From positions 186,001 through 250,000 of the IMG/VR virus record IMGVR_UViG_3300030041_000009: DNA of 64,000 nt. One strand, written 5' to 3'. A model generated the notes under the pieces. It had not been told where the DNA came from, searched no databases, and worked only from the letters and a program-made list of their open reading frames with translations. A program made the translations under genes and the position numbers. Below are positions 11,152 through 20,468 of this stretch, piece after piece; position 1 is the first letter of the stretch; each line of letters starts with the position of its first letter.

Positions 11152-11538
11152 TTAATTAATTTCACATATTTTTAATTCTGAATTTACTTTTTCAACAAAA
11201 ATAATTATTTTTTCAACAACTTTTTCCATTGATTTTACTGTACATTTACGGAATTTAGAATTTAATCTTTCTCTTCTTGAAGAACCTTTTTGATGTAATG
11301 AACATTCAAATATTTCTACTTCACCAGATTGCTCAATATTCATTCTTAAATAGTTTGAGTTTTGGATATAACCATAATGCCAATTTTCTTTTTTATCAAA
11401 AGATAATGTCAATATAATAGTATCATTTCCCATGCAAGCATTTGATACTTTAACATATTCAACTTTATCAGTTAATTTATTACTTAAAAATTCAATTGCA
11501 TCTTTTTGTGATAAATTTTCAATATTAAATATTCTCAT
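11152..11538 (-). CDS. hypothetical protein
   Basis: 128-aa ORF behind a full TTTG-N20-TACTTTTG promoter (11572-11603). Confidence 0.7.
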   Translation of the reverse strand: MRIFNIENLSQKDAIEFLSNKLTDKVEYVKVSNACMGNDTIILTLSFDKKENWHYGYIQNSNYLRMNIEQSGEVEIFECSLHQKGSSRRERLNSKFRKCTVKSMEKVVEKIIIFVEKVNSELKICEIN

Positions 11539-11797
11539 AATTATATGATTTTAAATGATTAATTTGTACTACAAAAGTACAACTAATTATTTATTATATC
11601 AAATAAATATCATCTACTTAACATATTTTAATTTTTTTTCATATTCTATTGCATCTTTATCATAATAAAATATTTTACCATCTTCTGTTTCAAACGTATC
11701 TTTGGATATAGATGTTATTGTTTGAATTGTACCATTAATTGGATCTTTAATTATCGCAATAATTTTTTCAGCTTCAGCTTTAATTTTTTTCATATTA

Positions 11798-12121
11798 TTA
11801 TTCTTTTATAATATTACCTAGATTATCTAATTTTGTTTTTCTTACATATTGAACACATTCTTCATAATATCGTTTACAAGCGTTATTGTAATATTTTTCA
11901 AAATTATATTGACCTTTAATATTTGCTTCTTTTACAAGTAATGGTAAACAATCACTACAATAATATCCAAATAAAGTACTAAGTTTAGTATCAGATCCAA
12001 GAAAAACTGAAAACTCTTGATTGTTTTTTTTACATTTATTACATAATGATGATCCAACTGAATTACAAACTATAACAGTAGAGTATAATTTATAATATTG
12101 ATTTCTATCTGGCTTATTCAT
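11798..12121 (-). CDS. Zn-finger-like protein with RKxKL tail
   Basis: CNKC/CSDC; ends YVRKTKLDNL. Confidence 0.7.
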   Translation of the reverse strand: MNKPDRNQYYKLYSTVIVCNSVGSSLCNKCKKNNQEFSVFLGSDTKLSTLFGYYCSDCLPLLVKEANIKGQYNFEKYYNNACKRYYEECVQYVRKTKLDNLGNIIKE

Positions 12122-12408
12122 TTTAATAATTTTAGTTTTTTCTTTCTTAAAAAAGAATTAATATTTTTATCTAAAATTTCTTTAGTTATAAGAATTTGAC
12201 GTTTTCCTTGAGGAAAATCATAATCATTTATCCAAAATTCAAATGTTATGCCATCAGAATCAATATCAGTGTGAGTTATTCTAGAAGTATGTAAAAAATT
12301 ATTAGATTTTTCTAATAATTCTGTAGCAAGTTCTAAATAATTTTCTGTTATAGAATCTGCTTTGATTATTAATTTATCTCTTTTAGCAAATGTTTCATCG
12401 TAATTCAT
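12118..12408 (-). CDS. RKxKL-tail protein
   Basis: Ends FLRKKKLKLLK; probable start MNYDET. Confidence 0.7.
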   Translation of the reverse strand: MNYDETFAKRDKLIIKADSITENYLELATELLEKSNNFLHTSRITHTDIDSDGITFEFWINDYDFPQGKRQILITKEILDKNINSFLRKKKLKLLK

Positions 12409-12740
12409 TAGATTTCTTCTTTTAACCAAGTTATAAAATCTATCTCATTTGAAAATACAAAATTCGAATCTTCATCATATGGGTCATCACACATCACACT
12501 TGAACCAGAGATATTTTTTTCTACTTTTATATCATCTGTTGTGAAATAAATTTTTATTTGTGTAGTTTCTCCTTCTTCATAATCATTCCATCCATATGTA
12601 GCTTCAATAACATTATCATAACTAACATCATATTCTAATATTGGTCCAGTTTCACTACCATTATGATAATAATCTGAATTTACTTTGTCTTCTTTATCAA
12701 ATAAAGAAATAACATTTAACATTACATCTGTTACATTCAT
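12408..12740 (-). CDS. acidic hypothetical protein (probable start MNVTD)
   Basis: Promoter box TATCTTTG at 12763-12770. Confidence 0.65.
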   Translation of the reverse strand: MNVTDVMLNVISLFDKEDKVNSDYYHNGSETGPILEYDVSYDNVIEATYGWNDYEEGETTQIKIYFTTDDIKVEKNISGSSVMCDDPYDEDSNFVFSNEIDFITWLKEEI

Positions 12741-12854
12741 AATATTTATATTATTTAGAATACAAAGATAATAAATATAATTCAATGATTATTATTATTA
12801 ATATAAAATATTCTTATTTTTATTTTTTAATAACTTAATTTAATATATAGTTAC

Positions 12855-13298
12855 ATGAAATATTTAAAAACATTTGAAAATAGGTTTACTAACGTATTTA
12901 AATCTCATGATTTAGATATGTGGAATTCAGCAGTAGAAAATGATTTAATACGAATGGGTATACGAATGGGTTATAATGCCCTGATGCAATCCGCTTATGA
13001 TGGTAATCTTAAAAGATTTATATATTTATTACCTGATTATATTGATAAATTAAATGACATATTAAAATATCAAACAGTTTTATTTTTTGTTATAACAGGT
13101 GAAGGAGATATATATGAAAAAAAGAAAATGATTCAATTATTATTAGATAACGGAATTGATTATAATATAAAATATAAAGGTGAAACATTTTATGATTTAA
13201 TTACAGATGATAAATTGAAAAAATGGCTTGATAAAAAATATCCAGAAATAGTTAAAGAACTTAAACTTAATAAAAATACTGATAAATTTAACATATGA
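12855..13298 (+). CDS. MKYLK/KFNI tagged ankyrin-like protein
   Basis: NALMQSAYDGN, LLLDNGIDYN; TAATATATA at 12841. Confidence 0.8.
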   Translation: MKYLKTFENRFTNVFKSHDLDMWNSAVENDLIRMGIRMGYNALMQSAYDGNLKRFIYLLPDYIDKLNDILKYQTVLFFVITGEGDIYEKKKMIQLLLDNGIDYNIKYKGETFYDLITDDKLKKWLDKKYPEIVKELKLNKNTDKFNI

Positions 13299-13618
13299 AA
13301 TATTTAAAAACATTTGAAAGATTAAATAGAGATATAAAAAAAGGAGATTATGCTATAATTAACTTTGAACCTAGAAACCAAGGGATATCAGTTTTTTTTA
13401 AAAATAATATTTGTAAAATTATTGATATAAGAGGAACCAATCCTATTTGGATTAAGTTTGGATATGAATATGTACCAGATGAACTAATTGAATGTTTTGA
13501 TAAAAAAGGAAAATATTATGTTTATCATATAGAGTTAAATTCAAGTGATGTTGAAAAATATGCTAGAACTAAAGAAGAATTAGAATTAGAATTACAAGCA
13601 AATAAATTTAACTTATGA
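13295..13618 (+). CDS. MKYLK/KFNL tagged protein, GDY subfamily
   Basis: MKYLKTFE..KGDYAI...ANKFNL. Confidence 0.85.
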   Translation: MKYLKTFERLNRDIKKGDYAIINFEPRNQGISVFFKNNICKIIDIRGTNPIWIKFGYEYVPDELIECFDKKGKYYVYHIELNSSDVEKYARTKEELELELQANKFNL

Positions 13619-14187
13619 AATATATAAAACAATTTGAATTAACAAAATTTTATGATGAAAAAGATATATTTAAATATATTTATGAAATTGATTCACCTAA
13701 AATTAAAGAATTGATATCTAAAATCCCAAATATAAATCTTAATATTAAAAATAGTAATGGAGATACTCCTTTAATAATCACTATAAGGTATGGGTTATAT
13801 CAAATATTTAAAATTTTAATTGATTCAGGAGCTGATGTTAATACTACTGATAATTTTGGAAATACTCCATTGATATTAGTAGTACGAAATAAAAAAGAAG
13901 AAATGATTCAAGATTTAATAACAGCAGGAGCAGATATAAATAAAATAAATAATAATAGTGAAACTGCATTAATTGTGAATTCTAATTATAATTATAGAGA
14001 TAAAAAAGCATTAAAAATAACTAAGTTTTTAATTGAAAATGGAGCAGATTGGAATATAACTGATGATATTGACCATACATTTATAGATTATTTACCTCCT
14101 GCATATAGAAAAGAAATTATAGAAGAATATCCAGAAGAATATTCAAATTATTTAATGGTTAAAAATACAAATAAATTTAATATATGA
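13615..14187 (+). CDS. MKYIK/KFNI tagged ankyrin-repeat protein
   Basis: GDTPLI, GADVN, GNTPLI, GADIN, GADWN. Confidence 0.9.
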   Translation: MKYIKQFELTKFYDEKDIFKYIYEIDSPKIKELISKIPNINLNIKNSNGDTPLIITIRYGLYQIFKILIDSGADVNTTDNFGNTPLILVVRNKKEEMIQDLITAGADINKINNNSETALIVNSNYNYRDKKALKITKFLIENGADWNITDDIDHTFIDYLPPAYRKEIIEEYPEEYSNYLMVKNTNKFNI

Positions 14188-14633
14188 AATATATAAAAAC
14201 ATTTGAACATATAATGGATAATGTATTGACATTAAATGATAAAGGATTATTTATAATATCAAATATTCCAGATACAACAACAGAATTATATTGCTATAAT
14301 AATAATTTAAAAGAATTGCCAACATTACCAGAGACATTAGAGATATTATCTTGTTTTAATAATGTTTTGCGTGAGTTACCTACTTTACCGCACTCAATAA
14401 AAAAAATATTTTGCTATTCTAATAATTTAAAAGAATTGCCGACATTACCATATTCATTAAAGACATTAAATTGTAGTAATAATAATTTATCTGAGTTACC
14501 ATTATTACCAGAGACATTAGAAATATTAGTATGTGAAGGTAATAACCTACCTTATAACAATTTAGATGAATATAACAAATGGTTAGAGATAAATCATCCT
14601 GATATATTTAATGCTAAAAAATTTAATATATAG
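14184..14633 (+). CDS. MKYIK/KFNI tagged leucine-rich repeat protein
   Basis: 20-aa LxxLxCxNNxLxELPxLP repeats. Confidence 0.9.
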   Translation: MKYIKTFEHIMDNVLTLNDKGLFIISNIPDTTTELYCYNNNLKELPTLPETLEILSCFNNVLRELPTLPHSIKKIFCYSNNLKELPTLPYSLKTLNCSNNNLSELPLLPETLEILVCEGNNLPYNNLDEYNKWLEINHPDIFNAKKFNI

Positions 14634-14637
14634 TAAT

Positions 14638-14949
14638 ATGAAAATACTAAAATTTAATGAGCATCAATTTACAATGTTAGATGATGATGTTATATTAGCA
14701 GGTAGATCTAAATATCCAGTAGGCACTAAAATCAAATTTAAAGAGGATGATGAGTATTTAACTGGTACTCTTACTCATCCATTTGGTTCCTGTAATGGTG
14801 ATGTTGGAGTGTATCTAGATCAAAAAGGAAAGTACGTGGATGATAGATTATGTTTAAAAAACAGAGAATATATAGTTATTGACGACGAAGTTGAAGAATT
14901 TATGAAAGATTATAAATTAAAACAAGATGCAAACAAATTCAATTTATAA
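14638..14949 (+). CDS. KFNL tagged protein (probable start MKILKFNE)
   Basis: TAATATATA at 14624-14632; ends ANKFNL. Confidence 0.8.
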   Translation: MKILKFNEHQFTMLDDDVILAGRSKYPVGTKIKFKEDDEYLTGTLTHPFGSCNGDVGVYLDQKGKYVDDRLCLKNREYIVIDDEVEEFMKDYKLKQDANKFNL

Positions 14950-14995
14950 GTGAAATAACTTATAAAGTGTATTTATAAGTGAAATAGCTTATAAA
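14943..14995. repeat. two tandem 24-bp palindromes
   Basis: TTTATAAG-TGAAATA(A/G)-CTTATAAA at 14943 and 14972. Confidence 0.7.
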
Positions 14996-14996
14996 T

Positions 14997-15035
14997 AAAA
15001 AATCCTATCTAATTTTTCAATTAGATAGGATTTTT
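14997..15035. terminator. bidirectional intrinsic terminator
   Basis: AAAATCCTATCTAATT..AATTAGATAGGATTTT. Confidence 0.8.
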
Positions 15036-15044
15036 ATTTTATAT

Positions 15045-15920
15045 TGCTTGAGAATACAGCATTATAGAGAAGAACTTTAGAAACTATTATTTTTTCTGCT
15101 TCTTTTCCACCAATCTTTTGAATTGGTACTCCTCCAATGACGGTCAATTAGATTCACCACTCCTTTTGTTGTTAATTACTCTCTTAATAATCATTACTCA
15201 TCTAGAATGCCTTCCAGATTAAATCTTGCGGATTTAGAGAACTTTCTTAAAAATCATGTTGGACTTGGGGTCTTTCACGGCTACGACGAATTGCTTCTCA
15301 TAACTAGTAGTCACCTATCACTAACAACAGTCGAACTCTTTTCCTTTATTTGTTTATTTTAATTTGCATTAAATTTGCAGTTAAAGTTTGTTTTGTGGAT
15401 GATGAAAGTAGTGGTTCGACAACCAGCTTCTCAATCTTTTGAACTGAGCTATACTAAACTACTCTCTGAGATATCCCTACCTCCATATTTTAAGTCAACT
15501 AAGATACTCTCGTAACACTTGGTAATGTTAAGGTAACCTTAATTACAGCACCACCTGTACATTGTATTACAATCTAATTTACCTTTCGGTTTTAAGTCAA
15601 CTTTTATATTGGATAACGCAATTACACAACTGGAAATCGTATTTCTTGCAATAATCCTTCAGGTTATTCTTATTGATGTTCCCATCTCACTCAGACTACC
15701 CACATAGCCTTTGCATTAAACCACTTTCTCTACAGTGTTACCCTCGATAATCAAGGTTTAATGATATCCTGATTGTCTGCTCAAGTATTATTGTTTACAA
15801 TTAATTTTATTTCCGAAAAAATAAAATCAACTGCACATTTAATACCGCAAGTTATAGAAACAACTATAACTCACTTTATACTACTTTCGTAGTTTATTTA
15901 TGACTACAGACAGCCAAATA
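15045..15920 (-). ncRNA. candidate large structured ncRNA (~870 nt)
   Basis: No ORF; markedly higher GC than flanks; many hairpins, including GNRA-capped CTAC-GAAA-GTAG, ACC-GAAA-GGT and AAATC(C)-GCAA-GATTT on the minus strand; boxA-like motif upstream and terminator downstream. Confidence 0.7.
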
Positions 15921-15947
15921 TTTTCAATTTTACAAAGAACGCTTTAA

Positions 15948-16087
15948 AAAAACAACAGAATTAATATAGAAGAATTTTAAATAAGACTTAACAAAAGCGA
16001 TAGAAAGACATTAACTTTCTGCTCATTATTGATCCACTTTCCTGGAATTTCAACCTACATAATTTTATATTAATTCATGTTGTTTTA
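15948..16087 (-). ncRNA. candidate rod-shaped small RNA
   Basis: Ends pair: AAAACAACAGAATTAATATA / TATATTAATTCATGTTGTTTT. Confidence 0.45.
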
Positions 16088-16257
16088 AAAGTTCAAGTAC
16101 TTTTACTTGAAAATGTCACAAATCTATTTCAGTCCTTTGTTCTTCACAGAACTTTATCATTGGAACAATAAACATTTGGTTATGTTCATTATATCTACTC
16201 TTGTAATATAAATCCTTGAATTTTTATTACTTTTGCAATATTTACTTTTGTAATATT

Positions 16258-16583
16258 AATCTCTCCTTTTGCAAGCTTCAAGGTGGCTATTGCCTTTGAT
16301 TATTTTTATTACTTTTTCAATTTCATTAATATCTAAGTGTGTTTAATTGCACTATCTCCTTTTGCAAGCTTCAAGGTGGTTTCTATCCCATTAGATTTTT
16401 TAGTTACTTATACAATATTTAATATCTAAGTGTGTTTAATTGCACTATCTCCTTTTGCAAGCTTCAAGGTGGTTTCTATCCCATTAGATTTTAATTGTTT
16501 CAGCAAGATACTTAATATATAAGTTGTGTTCATTTGCACTATCTCCTTTTGCAAGCTTCAAGGTGGTTTTTGTACCATTATAT
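16258..16583 (-). repeat. tandem structured-RNA repeat A: one partial copy plus three 66-67 bp copies at 93-bp period
   Basis: Cores at 16331-16396, 16424-16489, 16517-16583; partial at 16258-16301. Confidence 0.9.
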
Positions 16584-16973
16584 TTTTATTGCTTCAATCT
16601 GAAATTTGATTTGTTTCATTATTGTAGTCCAAATTTACAAAAAGTTTTTTGTTTTACCAAATATTTTTGAATTTTTATACTTTTTTAAATTAATAATAAT
16701 CTTACTAATCATAAATTGAAGTATCACATGGAAGCAATAAACTAGTTTCAATTAGATGATTATTATTTATTAAGTACAAAATTACAAAAAGTTTTTTGTT
16801 TTACCAAATATTTTTGAATTTTTTCTACATTTTTTTCAAGTACTCTTACTTGAAATGAGTATTAAAAAAAATCTTTTATCAGTTCTTTTAGCTTCTCAGC
16901 TTAGAAAAAATAAATTTTCATTTATCATATTTATTCTTGTAATTTAATAATCTTACGATTATTATCATTATCA

Positions 16974-17041
16974 ATCTAAGAGTGTTTAATTGCACTATCT
17001 TTCCTTTTGCAAGCTTCAAGGTGGTTTTTATCCCATTAGAT
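16974..17041 (-). ncRNA. structured repeat A, copy 5
   Basis: Same 68-bp cloverleaf motif just downstream of promoter at ~17085-17120. Confidence 0.75.
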
Positions 17042-17372
17042 TATCTATTAAATCTGAATTATGATTTTCTTTTTTATTGTAGTTCAAATTTACAAAAAGT
17101 TTTTTGTTTTACCAAATATTTTAATGTTAAAGTTTGAACTATTTTTCAAGTACTCCTACTTGTTTTTATCCAAGGAATTTTGATTAAATAATGTTATTAA
17201 ATCATATTATTTAAATTAACAGCTCTTTTTCAAGAGATTTCAATTAATTAATATACATTTTTTAATATTTATTATTTAACCAAAACTCGCTTGTTGTTGG
17301 TTATGAATATCAATAGTGGAACTTACTTTCAGAACAAGTTCTGATTTTCAGTGTTGAAATCAATATTCATAG

Positions 17373-17464
17373 TGAAGATAGAAGGAATTGAACCTTGTGT
17401 CATTGACACTTGCCCCTTCAAATTAGATTATTCTAATAATGATGCACCCTGTGTGCTTATCTCC
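17373..17464 (-). ncRNA. tRNA-like RNA lacking a canonical anticodon loop
   Basis: Acceptor GGAGATA/TATCTTC, D-like GCAC..GTGC, T-arm AAGG-TTCAATT-CCTT. Confidence 0.55.
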
Positions 17465-18076
17465 AACATTTTATAATTTAATCAATAATCAGTCCTTGTA
17501 GTGGAATGAAAGTAGTTAGTCACGTCTCATCTAACATTAGGATTTTATCATATTCGAAATTTAATTCCAATATTCAATCTCCACGGTGTGGTTGCTTTGT
17601 ATATTTATAACAAGATAAGTTCTACATGTCTTATATATCTGTTTCAATGGACTGTCTATCTTTGATAATATTGATTATTTAAGATTATAATCTTATCATT
17701 GACTCACCACTATGAGCTTCTCATTCATCTGGTTGATATATATTTTCTTATAAATATATACACTCAGAGCGCAAATCTCGCTGATATTTCTTGTTTAAAT
17801 CTGATTTTTTGATTTAAATTATTATAGAATAAATTTACAAAAAGTTTTTTGTTTTACCAAATATTTTTGAAAGTATTTTCTATTTTTTCTCAAGTACGTT
17901 TACAAGAGTAAATAAAAATCAAATCATTTTCAGTCCTTTTTATCTTCACAGATTAGAAACAGTAAGTTTGAACTTACTATATTTACTTTTGTAATATTAA
18001 ATTTATTTTCAAGTTTCACTATAAACTTTTTCAAGATTAAAGTTTGTTTCCTTACTACTAAATTATTATTACATTA

Positions 18077-18144
18077 ATCTAAGTGTGTTCATTTGCACTA
18101 TCTATACTCTCGCAAGCTTTGAGTTGGTTTTTGTACCATTAGAT
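18077..18144 (-). ncRNA. structured repeat A, copy 6 (diverged, compensatory changes)
   Basis: Inner stem ACTC/GAGT replaces CCTT/AAGG. Confidence 0.75.
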
Positions 18145-18850
18145 TTTTTTCAATCTGAAGTTTGATTTGTTTTTTATTGTAGTTCAAAGTTACAAAAAGT
18201 TTTTTGTTTTACCAAATATTTTAATGTTAAAGTTTGAACTTTTTTCAATTGAAATTTAATTTTTTAAAACTATATTTCTTTTTGAATTGTAGTTCAAAGT
18301 TACAAAAAGTTTTTTGTTTTACCAAATATTTTTGAAAGTTTTTTCTACTTTTTTTCAATTAAAATATAATTTTTATAATTACTTTTCTTTTGATGTTGTA
18401 GTTCAAAATTACAAAAAGTTTTTTGTTTTACCAAATATTTAATGTTAAAGTTTTGAACTTTTTTTCTCAAGTACTCTTACTTGATATTTTTTGTTGTAGA
18501 ATAAAATTACAAAAAGTTTTTTGTTTTACCAAATATTTAATGATAAAGTTTTGAAGTTTTTTTTTTTCAATACTATTACTTAAAAATTTTTGTTTTTTTA
18601 TTGTAGAATAAAATTATAAAAATGTTTTCATTTCACCAAATATTTAATGTTAAAGTTTTGAAATTTTTTTCAAGTCCTCTTATTAAATTATCAAATCAAC
18701 TAAGATATTTATTATTTTTCTTAGTTGATTTGATTGTAAATAATTACATTTGTTTTTGTTTGTGATGCAAAATTACTAAAAGTTTTCATATCACCAAATA
18801 TTTTAGTGTTAAATTTTAAAATATTTTTTAAATATTTATATATCAATAAA

Positions 18851-19180
18851 TTAATATTCTATATCGTAATAAAAACATAAATCTTTCATTGAGAAAAATA
18901 CTAATGTATCATTATTAGTTGCAAAATCAACTTCTTTATCTGCTCCGCTTGATTCTCCTGGTAATCTTAATATACAATCACAACTTTTTATCCATTCTAA
19001 ATCTAATTTCAACCAATCTTCATATGGTCTGGGATGATGCATATGTTGAAAATGGAAATATAATGGAACGAATGGCGCAAATCCTTTATTTATTAATTCA
19101 TCTGCCATATCAATTTGAGTTTTGACATTAACTGCAGGATCTCCTTTTGTATAAGGAGATGCAATATAAACTTTAATCAT
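18851..19180 (-). CDS. nucleoside deoxyribosyltransferase-like / DUF4406-type protein
   Basis: VYIASPYT, DLEWIKSCD..LRLPGESSGADKE. Confidence 0.75.
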   Translation of the reverse strand: MIKVYIASPYTKGDPAVNVKTQIDMADELINKGFAPFVPLYFHFQHMHHPRPYEDWLKLDLEWIKSCDCILRLPGESSGADKEVDFATNNDTLVFFSMKDLCFYYDIEY

Positions 19181-19403
19181 ATTATTTATTTTATTTTTAT
19201 ACTAAAAATTCTAATGCAAGAAAAGCTAACACAAGAAGAATAACGCCAATTGTCATAATTATATTATTAGTTCTTTGAGTTTTACATGTACAATTTTTAT
19301 TTTTATGCCCACAAACTTCACATATCATATCGTCATTAATATCTTCTAACCATTTTTTATCGTCCTGCATATTTGATTTTTATTTTTTAATATATATGGT
19401 ATT

Positions 19404-19931
19404 ATGAAAAATATAAAAAGTTTTGATAAATACAATGAAGATGTACTAACTGATGGTTTTACTCCTGAAAATACTAGGTATAACGCAGGAATAAAAGCAA
19501 ATAAATTAATAGAACAACTTAAAAATTTATTATTACCTATTGGTAAATTAACTGAACAAGTAGTTACTAAATCAATAATATCAATAAATTCTCTAAATAG
19601 ACTCATTAATGATGAGATTATTGAAGATGAAGCAATGATAATTCAATTAAAAAAATCAGATCCTACAAATACTATATTTAATGTAATAAAAAACATAGAA
19701 GTTAATCCAAATGGAATAAATAGATCAACAAATAAATATTCTGCTACAATCAATTCTTTATGGTTAGGTGGTAATAAATATAATTTAGCAGTAAAACCTT
19801 TATCATATTGGTTAAATTTAGCTAAAAAGGATAGAGAAACTGAGAATATAATATCTAATCAATTATGCGGTTGGATTAATGCTAATATAAATTTAATAAT
19901 TGAATCTTTAAAAAAAATAACTCACAAATGA
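19404..19931 (+). CDS. hypothetical protein with MKxIKxF..YNE N-terminal motif
   Basis: TAATATATA at 19388. Confidence 0.7.
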   Translation: MKNIKSFDKYNEDVLTDGFTPENTRYNAGIKANKLIEQLKNLLLPIGKLTEQVVTKSIISINSLNRLINDEIIEDEAMIIQLKKSDPTNTIFNVIKNIEVNPNGINRSTNKYSATINSLWLGGNKYNLAVKPLSYWLNLAKKDRETENIISNQLCGWINANINLIIESLKKITHK

Positions 19932-20467
19932 GCAAAATAATAAAAATTGGAATAATAATTTTATCTTTACTAATAGTTACATTTATAATTTATAAATTAT
20001 CTACAGTTAAAGATAAACCATTTGATAAAATTGAATTTTATAAATATCATCATATTTATAATTTAACTAATAAATCATATTTAGATACTATAGTAGAATC
20101 AGGACTAAGATCACTTAAAATTGATACCGTAACTGTTATAATTAAAAATATTCAACAGACATCAGAAGAAATTAATGGAGAAGATATTGAATTAAAAGCA
20201 TATATAGTGGATTCTAATGATATATATTATATTCTTATTGGAAATTATGATAGAAGTCAAAATATTACTATATTATCTCATGAATTAATTCATTTAAAAC
20301 AATATTATGATAAAACATTAATCATTAGCAAAAGTGGTGCATATTTATGGTTGAATGAAGTGGTTGATATATCAGATATGAATTATGATCAACGTCCTTG
20401 GGAAGTAGAAGCGTTTGATGGTCAATCAGATAATGCAAAAAATATGAAAAATATTTTATATAAATAA
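19928..20467 (+). CDS. membrane-anchored zincin metallopeptidase-like protein
   Basis: N-terminal TM helix; HELIHLKQ; YDQRPWEVEA. Confidence 0.75.
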   Translation: MSKIIKIGIIILSLLIVTFIIYKLSTVKDKPFDKIEFYKYHHIYNLTNKSYLDTIVESGLRSLKIDTVTVIIKNIQQTSEEINGEDIELKAYIVDSNDIYYILIGNYDRSQNITILSHELIHLKQYYDKTLIISKSGAYLWLNEVVDISDMNYDQRPWEVEAFDGQSDNAKNMKNILYK

Positions 20468-20468
20468 A

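Larger units (their letters stand above)
16622..18804 (-). promoter_or_regulatory. 10 near-identical Bacteroidota sigma-A type promoters
   Basis: Minus-strand ATATTTG-GTAAAACAAAAAACTTTTTG-TAA(A/C/T)TTT(G/A) at ~16622, 16774, 17077, 17822, 18177, 18287, 18396, 18494, 18601, 18763. Confidence 0.8.

Noticed and set aside
15045-15920. rRNA fragment, tmRNA, RNase P RNA or self-splicing intron
   Set aside because: No recognisable universal motifs of these classes and no interrupted host gene
16258-16583. Repeat A as a CRISPR array
   Set aside because: Repeat of ~67-70 bp with ~23-27 bp AT-rich linkers, dispersed solo copies and multi-stem covariation do not fit CRISPR geometry
16836-16943. Motif B as TPP riboswitch or hammerhead ribozyme
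   Set aside because: CUGAGA/CUGA-like words are present but the remaining consensus and a downstream gene are missing; other copies read CUGUGAAG
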